A stretch of 24,000 nucleotides of DNA from an uncultured Chloroflexia bacterium (lineage in GTDB: Bacteria; Chloroflexota; Chloroflexia; Thermomicrobiales; UBA6265), in contig CAWDSC010000004.1 of assembly GCA_963804925.1 (NCBI GenBank), positions 568,784 through 592,783 on the forward strand, read 5' to 3'. Positions within the stretch are counted from its first letter, which is position 1. Each line of letters opens with the position of its first letter. Position numbers and translations under genes: made by a program. The notes below the pieces were generated by a model. The model did no database searches, had not been told where the DNA came from, and saw nothing but the letters and a program-made list of their open reading frames with translations. This document shows positions 10,250-18,185 of the stretch, in pieces.

Positions 10250-10873
10250 ATGGGAAGAATTGAGATCGATCTGTTCACAACGCTGGATCTGGTTGCCCAA
10301 GCGCCGGGCGCACCGGATGAGGACACTGAGGGCGGATTCAAATTCGGGGGTTGGCAGGCGCCGCACTCGGACGATGTGGTCGGGGAGCAGATCGTCGCTG
10401 GCATTGCCGCAATGGACGCGCTGTTGCTGGGACGCAAAACCTACGACATCTTCGCCGGATATTGGCCGAAGCAGGAGGACGACTTCGCCGGCGGAATTGC
10501 GGGCAACATCAACCGTGTTCCGAAATATGTCGCATCGCGCAGCAAACTGAACCTCGATTGGGCCGGTTCGTCGCAGGTCGGACCGGATATTGCGACAGCG
10601 GTACGCGAAATTCGAGATCGGCACGAGAACGTCCACGTGATCGGCAGTCTCGATTTCGTGCAGACGCTGCTCTCCGAGCGGTTGTTCGATCGATTGAATT
10701 TGTTCGTCTATCCAATCGTTCTCGGCACAGGCAAGAAGGTTTTCGGCAGCGGAACGATTCCATCGAATCTGAAGCTCGCCGAACCTGCACTCAGTACACA
10801 ATCGGGAACCGTGATACTCCATTACGAACTTGCAGACGGGGTGCCTGCCACGGGTGATATGAGCAAGGGATAA
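10250..10873 (+). CDS. Dihydrofolate reductase family protein (RibD C-terminal domain, YwjB/YyaP-like)
   Basis: The sequence MGRIEIDLFTTLDLVAQAPG...LLLGRKTYDIFAGYWP...VPKYVASR...VHVIGS...LNLFVYPIVLGTGKKVF is typical of this family. GAGGAGG lies 6 nt upstream of the ATG at 10250. Confidence 0.8.
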   Translation: MGRIEIDLFTTLDLVAQAPGAPDEDTEGGFKFGGWQAPHSDDVVGEQIVAGIAAMDALLLGRKTYDIFAGYWPKQEDDFAGGIAGNINRVPKYVASRSKLNLDWAGSSQVGPDIATAVREIRDRHENVHVIGSLDFVQTLLSERLFDRLNLFVYPIVLGTGKKVFGSGTIPSNLKLAEPALSTQSGTVILHYELADGVPATGDMSKG

Positions 10874-10906
10874 TCACGGACTCGATTCCGTCGGTGCGGG
10901 CCTGAA

Positions 10907-10977
10907 ATGAACAAGTGAAGGGGCAGTTCATCTGTGATAGCACAAGGCATGCCTCTCACTTGTTCATCTTTTGTGTT
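10907..10977 (+). terminator. Candidate intrinsic terminator after the DHFR-family gene
   Basis: A 12-bp stem is formed by ATGAACAAGTGA (10907-10918) and TCACTTGTTCAT (10956-10967). The loop is long and partly paired, and CTTTTGTGTT follows. Confidence 0.5.
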
Positions 10978-11073
10978 CAAGTTCGACCCTATTGGCAAGG
11001 TACCGGCAATGCTGATGCGGAAGTGGTCCACGCCTCAGCGATTCATTCGATGGCGAGTGGATTTCTTTTGAGA

Positions 11074-11102
11074 TTGACTCAATTTCTCAAAGTATCTATA
11101 CT
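11074..11102 (+). promoter_or_regulatory. Near-consensus sigma-70/sigma-A type promoter upstream of yceD-rpmF
   Basis: TTGACT (11074-11079), a 17-nt spacer, then TATACT (11097-11102), in an AT-richer intergenic stretch. Confidence 0.6.
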
Positions 11103-11207
11103 TACGCGGTTTCGCCGGGATTTTTGGCGAATTCAGAGTTGCTATCCGGCGATCGTGCGATCGGGGAAGCTCGGATCGTGCAGGCCAAGGGCGAAACGCC
11201 GGTGAAG

Positions 11208-11729
11208 ATGAACGTGGAATTACACAACGATACCGTGATCAATGTCGCCGCTCTCCTTAAAGAGCCGGTTGGCAGCACGCGAAATTTCAGCATCAATCTG
11301 GATAGCTTCGCACTCGACAACGATCTTGTTGCGCGCGAGGTTGAGGGAGAGATGCGCCTGACCAGTCTGACCAGCGAGTTGCTGCTCAATGCGAAGGCGA
11401 CGGCGAAAGTCGAGCTTGAATGCGACCGTTGCCTCCGCCTTTACGATGAACCGGTCAGGGTGACATTTGCCGCTCAGTATGAGCCGACGATCGATGTCCG
11501 CACCGGTCATGCGCTTGATGAGATCGGCGACGGCGAGGAGCGGTTTTCGATCACCGAGAATCATGAGGTCGATGTCGCCGAGCCGTTGCGCCAGGAATTG
11601 ATCGTGGCGCTACCGATGATTGCACGGTGCGGACCCGATTGCCCAGGGCCGATCATCACGACGACCAAACCAGCCGACGAGATCGACGACCGCCTGGCAG
11701 AGCTGCAGCGGCTGCTCGATCAGCAATAA
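11208..11729 (+). CDS. yceD: DUF177 / YceD family protein (large-subunit ribosome maturation associated)
   Basis: INVAALLKEPVGSTRNF, the paired cysteine motifs ECDRCL ... CGPDCPG, and the position immediately upstream of rpmF all fit this family. The ATG at 11208 is preferred over the TTG at 11124, which adds 28 non-conserved residues. Confidence 0.8.
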   Translation: MNVELHNDTVINVAALLKEPVGSTRNFSINLDSFALDNDLVAREVEGEMRLTSLTSELLLNAKATAKVELECDRCLRLYDEPVRVTFAAQYEPTIDVRTGHALDEIGDGEERFSITENHEVDVAEPLRQELIVALPMIARCGPDCPGPIITTTKPADEIDDRLAELQRLLDQQ

Positions 11730-11848
11730 CGGGATCAATCGGCGCGGCCGGAATACCCGGCCGCCCTTTTCATGGTATAGAATGTCAGAATGCCAGCGAC
11801 GGGAGTCGCGGGAGTCCGGGCTAGCCGGGAGAAAAAGGAGCACGTTCA

Positions 11849-12049
11849 GTGGGCGCACTTCCTAAACAAAAGATCAGCCGGCACCGTCAGGGCAACCGCC
11901 GTCGCCATCACCACCTCAAAGCGCTGACCCTCGTCAGCTGCCGGAATTGCCGCGAGGTCAAGCAGGCGCATCACGTTTGCCCGAGTTGTGGCTACTATCG
12001 CGGCCGCCAGGTGGTTGTGATCGAAGAGCGGCGCAAGGACGAGGAATAA
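11849..12049 (+). CDS. rpmF: 50S ribosomal protein L32
   Basis: (M)GALPKQKISRHRQGNRRRHH plus CRNC...CPSCG zinc-ribbon cysteines. A GTG start is preceded by AAGGAG 8 nt upstream. Confidence 0.92.
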   Translation: MGALPKQKISRHRQGNRRRHHHLKALTLVSCRNCREVKQAHHVCPSCGYYRGRQVVVIEERRKDEE

Positions 12050-12067
12050 GCCTCTCCGCGTCGGTTG

Positions 12068-12113
12068 ACGGGCGCGCCGAGCGGGTTTCCCGCACGCGCG
12101 CCCGTTTTTGTGT
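12068..12113 (+). terminator. Intrinsic terminator after rpmF
   Basis: ACGGGCGCGC (12068-12077) pairs with GCGCGCCCGT (12096-12105) and is followed by TTTTTGTGT. Confidence 0.75.
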
Positions 12114-12177
12114 CACGATGCCGCCCGGGGCCGCCGCGCTCGGCGTGCTGATGGACGGCTCCACGGGGTGCCTCTAA

Positions 12178-13167
12178 ATGCGTTACGCGGCGATTACCGG
12201 CTGGGGTATGGCCGTCCCCGATCGAGTGCTGACCAACGCCGATCTCGAGCGAATGATCGAGACGACGGATGAGTGGATTGCCTCTCGAACCGGAATTCGC
12301 GAACGCCGGGTGGTTGGCCCCAACGATAGCACCACCTCCCTCGGCGCAGCGGCGGCGCGGCAGGCGCTCGACCGGGCGGGATTGACGGCGAACGACATCG
12401 ATTTGATCGTCGTCGCCACCTGCACCCCCGATCAATTTCTCGTTTCTCAAGCCTGTTTGATTCAAGCGGAAATCGGCGGCAACGCCGGCGCGTTCGATAT
12501 CGGCGCCGCCTGTGCAGGATTCGTCTACGCCCTCAGCCAGGGATCGGTCTACATCCAGGCCGGTCAGGCGGAGCGCGTGCTGGTGATCGGGGTCGATACC
12601 CTTACCCGCTTTGTCGACTGGACTGACCGCTCGACCTGCATTCTCTTTGGGGATGGCGCGGGCGCCGTCGTGCTGGAAGCGTCCGACGAGCCGCGCGGGC
12701 TGCTCTCGACGGTGCTCGGCGCCGATGGCGGCGGCAGCAAGCATCTCTATATCCCCGGCTGGGGCGGACTCGTGCCCGAATCGGCCGAGCTTTTCCCGGA
12801 ATACCGCCCCTATCTGCAAATGAACGGCCGCGAAGTTTTCCGCTTCGCCGTGCGCGTGATGGGAGATGCCGCCGCTGAAGCCGTCAAGCGCGCCGGATTG
12901 ACCTTTGCGGATGTCGACATGCTGATTCCACATCAGGCGAATGTCCGCATCATCGACGCTGCCGCCGAACGGCTCGAACTTCCGAAAGAAAAAGTGATGC
13001 TCAACATCGACCGCTACGGCAATACCTCGGCGGCATCAATTCCTATCGCGCTCGTGGAAGCGCAAGCCACGAATCGAATGAAGGATGGAGACAATCTCGT
13101 CTTCGTCGCCTTCGGCGGCGGGCTGGCCTGGGCTGCGGGTGTGGTGCGATGGGGAAGCGGGAAGTGA
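12178..13167 (+). CDS. fabH: 3-oxoacyl-ACP synthase III (KAS III)
   Basis: The Cys-His-Asn triad contexts are intact: GAACAGFVYAL, IPHQANVRII, YGNTSAASIP. TDEWIASRTGIRERR is also present. Confidence 0.93.
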   Translation: MRYAAITGWGMAVPDRVLTNADLERMIETTDEWIASRTGIRERRVVGPNDSTTSLGAAAARQALDRAGLTANDIDLIVVATCTPDQFLVSQACLIQAEIGGNAGAFDIGAACAGFVYALSQGSVYIQAGQAERVLVIGVDTLTRFVDWTDRSTCILFGDGAGAVVLEASDEPRGLLSTVLGADGGGSKHLYIPGWGGLVPESAELFPEYRPYLQMNGREVFRFAVRVMGDAAAEAVKRAGLTFADVDMLIPHQANVRIIDAAAERLELPKEKVMLNIDRYGNTSAASIPIALVEAQATNRMKDGDNLVFVAFGGGLAWAAGVVRWGSGK

Positions 13168-13170
13168 CGA

Positions 13171-13193
13171 CCCTCTCCCGTGGCGGGAGAGGG
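13171..13193. repeat. REP-like palindrome (copy A) immediately after the fabH stop
   Basis: CCCTCTCCCG-tgg-CGGGAGAGGG is a perfect 10-bp stem. A T6 run follows at 13209-13214. Confidence 0.75.
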
Positions 13194-13256
13194 CCTAAAG
13201 GTTCGACGTTTTTTCGGTGGAGATCGGGCCTGCCGCCGCACTTGGACCGCAAGGCG

Positions 13257-13619
13257 ATGAGTGAGATTATCGATAATCCTCCACCTATTCCGGCTCTGGA
13301 AACAATTGCCCGAATGACGATTATGTTGGCGTTTCTCGAGAAACCCTTGAATTCAGCACACGTTCAACGCCACTATCCGATTGGCGGATTCGTTTTTGAT
13401 TACTGGATTCCTGATGCGCGATTGGCGATTGTGCTTGATGGTCCGATGCGCGATGATCCGGTACACCGGGCACTGTTTGCAGAACGAACGGAAGTTGCAC
13501 GGGAAAATGGATTTCAATTGCTTCTGTTCCAATATCTAGACGTTGTATACAACACTGAGCATGTTTTCAAGCAGATCAAGGAGATTGCTGAAGAACGAAT
13601 TGAGAAACTGGACGAGTGA
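13257..13619 (+). CDS. DUF559-like (Vsr/restriction-endonuclease-fold) small protein, probably catalytically degenerate; low-GC insert
   Basis: YPIGGFVFDYWIPDARLAIVLDG...ERTEVARENGFQLLLFQYLDV follows the DUF559 pattern (x-DF....l.iE.DG....R...L...G..vlRf..dv). Val-Leu stands where the conserved Glu normally sits. Hand counts give 27/60 and 23/60 G+C in two stretches of this gene, against 38/60 at the start of fabH. Confidence 0.6.
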   Translation: MSEIIDNPPPIPALETIARMTIMLAFLEKPLNSAHVQRHYPIGGFVFDYWIPDARLAIVLDGPMRDDPVHRALFAERTEVARENGFQLLLFQYLDVVYNTEHVFKQIKEIAEERIEKLDE

Positions 13620-13628
13620 CCTTTCGTA

Positions 13629-13652
13629 CCCTCTCCCAATGCTGGGAGAGGG
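13629..13652. repeat. REP-like palindrome (copy B) immediately after the DUF559-like gene
   Basis: CCCTCTCCCA-atgc-TGGGAGAGGG is a perfect 10-bp stem. A second small hairpin follows: GATCCT-tacctc-AGGATC (13654-13671). Confidence 0.75.
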
Positions 13653-13709
13653 TGATCCTTACCTCAGGATCGGGTGAGTGTCGTCGTCGCAACCAAGGAG
13701 TGAGTTTCA

Positions 13710-14456
13710 GTGACCGAATCATCAAAAGTTGCCGTTGTCACCGGGGGAACGCGTGGGATCGGGCGGGCGATCGCGCTGCGATTGGCCGCCGATGGCTGGG
13801 ATCTCGTGCTGAGCTATCGCGGCGATGAAGCGGCTGCTGAAGAAACGCGAGTTTCGCTCGCTGATTCGGGACGACGAGTGCTGGTGATCGCAGCCGATGG
13901 CTCGACGCCTGACGGCGCGGGGCTGGTGATTGAAACGGCGGTCAAGGAACTTGGCCGGATCGATGCGCTGGTCAACAATGCCGGCATTACCCGCGACACG
14001 CTGATCATGCGGATGAGCGAGGAAGATTGGGATGCCGTGCTGGACACCAATCTCAAGGCCGCGTTCCTCTGCTCCAAAGCCGCGGTACGTCCCATGCTGC
14101 GCCAGCGCTCGGGGCGGATCGTCAATTTGAGCTCCGTGGTTGGATTGGTCGGCAACGCGGGACAGGCGAACTATAGCGCGTCCAAAGCTGGTCTCGTCGG
14201 TCTGACGAAGACGCTCGCCCGGGAAGTCGGATCGCGCGGGATCACGGTGAATGCCGTAGCCCCTGGCTTCATCGAAACTCGTTTGACCGACGTGCTGCCG
14301 GAAGAATTGAAATCCGGATTGCTCAATCAGACGCCGCTTGGACGGTTGGGTACGCCGGACGATGTCGCCGGTGCGGTCGCCTTTTTGTTGTCGCCGGATG
14401 CGAGCTTCATCACCGGACATGTGCTCTCGGTCGATGGCGGGCTTTTCATGGCGTAG
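13710..14456 (+). CDS. fabG: 3-oxoacyl-ACP reductase
   Basis: SDR motifs are present: [17 protein letters not shown], and the S...YSASKAG catalytic YxxxK. A GTG start is preceded by AAGGAG about 9 nt upstream. Confidence 0.9.
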   Translation: MTESSKVAVVTGGTRGIGRAIALRLAADGWDLVLSYRGDEAAAEETRVSLADSGRRVLVIAADGSTPDGAGLVIETAVKELGRIDALVNNAGITRDTLIMRMSEEDWDAVLDTNLKAAFLCSKAAVRPMLRQRSGRIVNLSSVVGLVGNAGQANYSASKAGLVGLTKTLAREVGSRGITVNAVAPGFIETRLTDVLPEELKSGLLNQTPLGRLGTPDDVAGAVAFLLSPDASFITGHVLSVDGGLFMA

Positions 14457-14590
14457 TACCATTCTTCAGTTTGATTCGTTCGCTCCCGGTCTTGATTCAA
14501 GACGGGGTATTGTTGTGCTGACGCGATCGCAAGCTCGCGCCTTGCTCGGAACTGGCTACTCACTTCTGGGTACTCGCATGAGGAGCTCGC

Positions 14591-16003
14591 GTGTTTCGTA
14601 AAATCTTGATCGCCAACCGGGGTGAGATCGCGCTGCGGATTCTTCGCGCATGCCGCGATCTCGGCGTGCCTGCCGTTGTCGCTTATAGCGATGCTGACCG
14701 TGATTCACTGGCGGTGCGTCTTGCTGACGAAGCGGTTTGCATCGGTCCCGCGCCAGCCGCCCGTTCCTACACCAACATTCCCGCCATCATCAGCGCCGCG
14801 CTCGTGACCGGGTGCGATGCCTTGCATCCTGGCTATGGCTTCCTGGCAGAAAATGCCTATCTTGCCGATGTTTGCTCGCAAGTCGGTGTGACCTTCATTG
14901 GACCGAAGTCTGACGTTATTGAGAAGATGGGAAACAAGGCGACGGCGCGGGCGCTGATGCGTGACGCCGGTGTGCCGATGTTGCCCGGCACTGAAGGCGT
15001 TGTTCAAACACTTGGGGACGCCCGGACCGCTGCTCGCAAAATTGGCTACCCGGTGATGGTGAAAGCCGCGGCCGGTGGTGGCGGACGCGGGATGCGCATC
15101 GCCCGCGAGGACGCCGAACTGACCCGCCTGCTCCCGTTGGCGCAGGCCGAGGCGATGGCCGCGTTCGGGAATGGCGATGTCTACCTGGAGCGCTATTTGG
15201 ATCGGCCCCGCCACGTCGAAGTGCAGGTGCTGGCCGACAATCATGGTCACTGCTATGCGATCGGGGAGCGCGACTGCTCGCTGCAGCGCCGCCACCAAAA
15301 GCTGGTTGAGGAAGCTCCAGCCCCGAATCTGAACAAAAAAGTGCGCGAGCAATTGCTCCGCGCAGCGGTCAAGGGCGCCAAGGCAGCGGGGTACACCAGT
15401 GCCGGCACGCTTGAGTTCCTCCTCGATCAGGACGGGCGCTTCTATTTCATGGAAATGAACACCCGTATCCAGGTCGAGCACCCGATTACTGAAGAAACGT
15501 CGGGCGTCGATCTCGTCGCCTGGCAAATCAAGATCGCTGCAGGCGAGCAATTGCAGCTGAATGAACGCCAGCTGGAGCCGCAAGGCCACGCGATCGAAGT
15601 TCGGATCACAGCCGAAGATTCAACGAACGATTTCGCGCCCGGAGTTGGGACGGTGTCGACGTTCATCGCGCCCGGCGGCCCCGGCGTGCGAGTCGATTCT
15701 CATCTCTACAGCGGCTACACGGTCCCGCCGAATTATGATTCGCTGCTTGGTAAAATCATCGCTCACGGCAAAGACCGGGCGGAGGCCATCGCCCGGCTCG
15801 AGCGAGCCCTTGCCGATACGGTGATCGAGGGTGTGCCGCACACGGTGGGATTCCACCGCCAGATTCTTGCCGACGAGAGTTTCCGCAGGGGTGAGGTTCA
15901 TACGGGATTCCTTGCCGATTTCTTTGCCCGTCAACCGCCGGTTTTAGCAGACGCCGGCGATACAGGGCGCTTCGACGATCGAAAGGACCCGCAACGTTCA
16001 TGA
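14591..16003 (+). CDS. accC: Acetyl-CoA carboxylase biotin carboxylase subunit
   Basis: ILIANRGEIALRI, KAAAGGGGRGMR, EMNTRIQVEHPITE and RITAED are present. A GTG start is preceded by GAGGAG. Confidence 0.92.
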   Translation: MFRKILIANRGEIALRILRACRDLGVPAVVAYSDADRDSLAVRLADEAVCIGPAPAARSYTNIPAIISAALVTGCDALHPGYGFLAENAYLADVCSQVGVTFIGPKSDVIEKMGNKATARALMRDAGVPMLPGTEGVVQTLGDARTAARKIGYPVMVKAAAGGGGRGMRIAREDAELTRLLPLAQAEAMAAFGNGDVYLERYLDRPRHVEVQVLADNHGHCYAIGERDCSLQRRHQKLVEEAPAPNLNKKVREQLLRAAVKGAKAAGYTSAGTLEFLLDQDGRFYFMEMNTRIQVEHPITEETSGVDLVAWQIKIAAGEQLQLNERQLEPQGHAIEVRITAEDSTNDFAPGVGTVSTFIAPGGPGVRVDSHLYSGYTVPPNYDSLLGKIIAHGKDRAEAIARLERALADTVIEGVPHTVGFHRQILADESFRRGEVHTGFLADFFARQPPVLADAGDTGRFDDRKDPQRS

Positions 16004-16503
16004 CACTGCCTATTCCCCGACCCGATCCGCGCGCCCGTTCCAAGGAAGATGCATCGCTCCGCAAGCATCAGGCCCGGGTGCTGGCGCTTCAGGTGCTCTA
16101 CGAAATAGATATGACCCAGCATTCGATGGAGGATGTGCTGCCGCGCACGCTTGAGGAGCAGGAAGCGACGCCGCCGATCGCCCAGCATGTCAAGCGTCTG
16201 GTCGACGGTGTACTCGCGAACATTGCGGACATCGATGAGCACATCGGCATCGCCGCTCCGGCATTTCCGGTCGATCAGCTGCCGCTCGTCGACCGCAACG
16301 TCCTCCGGATTGCGACCTATGAGTTGATGCTGGAGCCGGCGGTTCCGCCCAAAGCGGCGATCAACGAGGCGGTTGAGATTTCAAAGCGCTTCGGCGGTCC
16401 AAATTCAAGTCGTTTTGTCAATGGCGCGCTGCGCACGATTCTGGAACGGGTGGAGGACAATCGTCCCGAATCCCCGGCAGAAGATGCGCTGGCGGATGGT
16501 TGA
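16000..16503 (+). CDS. nusB: Transcription antitermination factor NusB
   Basis: ARVLALQVLYEID..., VDRNVLRIATYEL and EAVEISKRFGGPNSSRFVNGAL are present. The ATG overlaps the accC stop (ATGA). Confidence 0.88.
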   Translation: MTLPIPRPDPRARSKEDASLRKHQARVLALQVLYEIDMTQHSMEDVLPRTLEEQEATPPIAQHVKRLVDGVLANIADIDEHIGIAAPAFPVDQLPLVDRNVLRIATYELMLEPAVPPKAAINEAVEISKRFGGPNSSRFVNGALRTILERVEDNRPESPAEDALADG

Positions 16504-16688
16504 CCCGCGCATGGTCGCGTATACTGCGACCGTGCGGCCTCGCTCGAATGCAAGGCATTGGTGACGTGCGGCCAAGCGCGCACAAACGCCATGGGTCACA
16601 CGGAAACGATGAGGAGAACGTCGCGGTTCGCCGGGCGGGAAGTTGAGTGATCTGGTTGCAATGGCAGCCGCATCTGGAGGTGGTTAGG

Positions 16689-16925
16689 TTGGCGTCCACG
16701 TTTGAACGAGTTCGCGGCATCGTCGCCGAGCGCCTCGGGGTTGATGAAGACAAGGTGACGATGGATTCCGAATTCATCGCGGACCTGAATGCCGATTCCC
16801 TCGATCTCGTTGAAGTGATCATGGCGATGGAGCAGGAATTCGACCTCGAGATCAAAGACGATGAGGCCGAGCAAATCCGCTCCGTTTCGGACGCGGTTCG
16901 CTTCATTGACGAGCACGGCAACTAA
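16689..16925 (+). CDS. acpP: Acyl carrier protein
   Basis: (M)[23 protein letters not shown]...[21 protein letters not shown] carries the DSLD phosphopantetheine site. The TTG start at 16689 has GGAGG 8 nt upstream. The listed longer ORF start adds non-conserved residues. Confidence 0.9.
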   Translation: MASTFERVRGIVAERLGVDEDKVTMDSEFIADLNADSLDLVEVIMAMEQEFDLEIKDDEAEQIRSVSDAVRFIDEHGN

Positions 16926-16936
16926 GAGCCGATTGA

Positions 16937-16970
16937 ACGGGACTCGCGCTCAGCGGGTCCCGTTTTTGTT
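16937..16970 (+). terminator. Intrinsic terminator after acpP
   Basis: ACGGGAC...GTCCCGT stem (with inner CGC/GCG pairs) followed by TTTTTGTT. Confidence 0.75.
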
Positions 16971-17088
16971 CCCCCTCAGCACCTGATTGATTCTGGTACG
17001 TAGCGCGCTTCCGCGCCAAACCCCTGCCGCGGCCTTTCTTTGGGGTGACCGGAGGTGATTTTGGCGTGGCAATGCGTACAAAGCCACC

Positions 17089-17117
17089 TTGCGATCCTGC
17101 GAGTCGATTACTATAGT
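17089..17117 (+). promoter_or_regulatory. Candidate sigma-70-type promoter upstream of tatC
   Basis: TTGCGA (17089-17094), a 17-nt spacer, then TATAGT (17112-17117). Confidence 0.45.
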
Positions 17118-17254
17118 GCAAACGTTTCCCTGTGCGATCTATGGCGCGGGGGACGTAACGTCTGCAAAGTTGGCATCTATCCCGGATCCGGTTCAGGATC
17201 CGCATCCTACCAATCGTTGGTGTCATCGGGACTGATCGAGAAGCAGGAGTTCGC

Positions 17255-18124
17255 ATGGCTTCCCTACCCAGAACGCTCGCGACGGCGCCGCTGAAAATGG
17301 TCGTCGCGGTGGGCAACGCCCTGCGTGACCCATTAGCGCCAGTACGAGCGGTTCGAGACGTCTGGAACGCTCCAGAGGACCAGCCGGAAGATTTCAAAGA
17401 AATGACGCTTGGAGAGCACCTCGGTGAACTCCAGCAGCGCCTTGTCAAAACCTGTCTCGTCCTGGTTCCCGCCTTCCTGATTGGCTTTTTGCTGGCGGGT
17501 CCACTCCTTCAATACATGGCTCACCAGTCGAAGACAGAAGGCGGCTTCCAGGTTCTTAACCCGACCGGGTCGTTCACCATCTTCATGAAGGTGGCGCTCT
17601 ATATCGCCATCTGCATTGCATTTCCGATGATCTTTTACCAGTTGTTCGCCTTCATCGCGCCCGGTATGACGCGAAAAGAAAAGCGATATGTGCTGACGTC
17701 CCTTCCCTTTGTCACGTTTCTTTTCCTGGCAGGTGCATCATTCGCTTTCTTCGTCGCGGCGCCCAAGGCATTCAACTTTCTCTCCAGCTTCCAGGCCGAC
17801 GCATTCAAATGGGATCTCGTCGCCGATGAGGTCATCAGTTTCTACATGACGTTGATGATCGGCCTGGGGATCGCGTTTGAGTTGCCTGCCTTGATGTTTA
17901 TGCTGGCGAAACTCAGGATCGTGAATGCAAAGAAGCAGAGGGGTTTCTGGCGGATTGCGTGCATTCTAATCATGATTGCTGCCGCTGTCATCACACCGAC
18001 TCCAGACCCATTCAACATGATGATCGTCGCCAGTCCGCTCTTCCTGCTCTACGGTTTTGGACTGATCATGGCTGGCCGCGCCGAACGCGGACGCGAGCCG
18101 AATGAAGATGCCGTAGCGGCATAA
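17255..18124 (+). CDS. tatC: Twin-arginine translocase subunit TatC
   Basis: The TatC core is present (LGEHLGELQQRL..., six hydrophobic segments, FIAPGMTRKEKRY, AAVITPTPDPFNM). AGGAG lies 5 nt upstream of the ATG at 17255. An internal Met at 17402 would give the canonical N-terminus. Confidence 0.88.
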   Translation: MASLPRTLATAPLKMVVAVGNALRDPLAPVRAVRDVWNAPEDQPEDFKEMTLGEHLGELQQRLVKTCLVLVPAFLIGFLLAGPLLQYMAHQSKTEGGFQVLNPTGSFTIFMKVALYIAICIAFPMIFYQLFAFIAPGMTRKEKRYVLTSLPFVTFLFLAGASFAFFVAAPKAFNFLSSFQADAFKWDLVADEVISFYMTLMIGLGIAFELPALMFMLAKLRIVNAKKQRGFWRIACILIMIAAAVITPTPDPFNMMIVASPLFLLYGFGLIMAGRAERGREPNEDAVAA

Positions 18125-18150
18125 TTCGCCGCGTGAGAACGAATGAGAAA

Positions 18151-18185
18151 GGGACCGCGTCGATCGGCGTGGTTCCTTTTTGTGT
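18151..18185 (+). terminator. Intrinsic terminator after tatC
   Basis: GGGACCGCG (18151-18159) pairs with CGTGGTTCC (18168-18176) in 9 bp including two G-U pairs. TTTTTGTGTTG follows. Confidence 0.65.

Noticed and set aside
10079-10822. 247-aa minus-strand ORF overlapping the DHFR-family gene
   Set aside because: The plus-strand gene has a strong RBS and a family-typical sequence. The antisense translation is unrecognisable.
11995-12933. 312-aa minus-strand ORF antisense to fabH
   Set aside because: fabH is unambiguous (Cys-His-Asn triad), so the antisense frame is GC-driven open frame.
13722-15589. 246-aa and 294-aa minus-strand ORFs antisense to fabG and accC
   Set aside because: Both lie opposite textbook genes and have no independent signals.
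16500-16525. TTGACC ... TATACT upstream of acpP as a promoter
   Set aside because: The spacer is only 14 nt by my count, too short for a standard sigma-70-type promoter. I kept it out of the feature list.
17055-17294. 79-aa ORF upstream of and overlapping tatC, containing a GSGSGS run encoded by two GGATCC sites
   Set aside because: It resembles a synthetic linker at first glance, but the DNA is simply a small palindromic hairpin. Third-position G+C (48/79 by hand) is not elevated. The ORF contains the candidate tatC promoter, and no family resemblance is visible.
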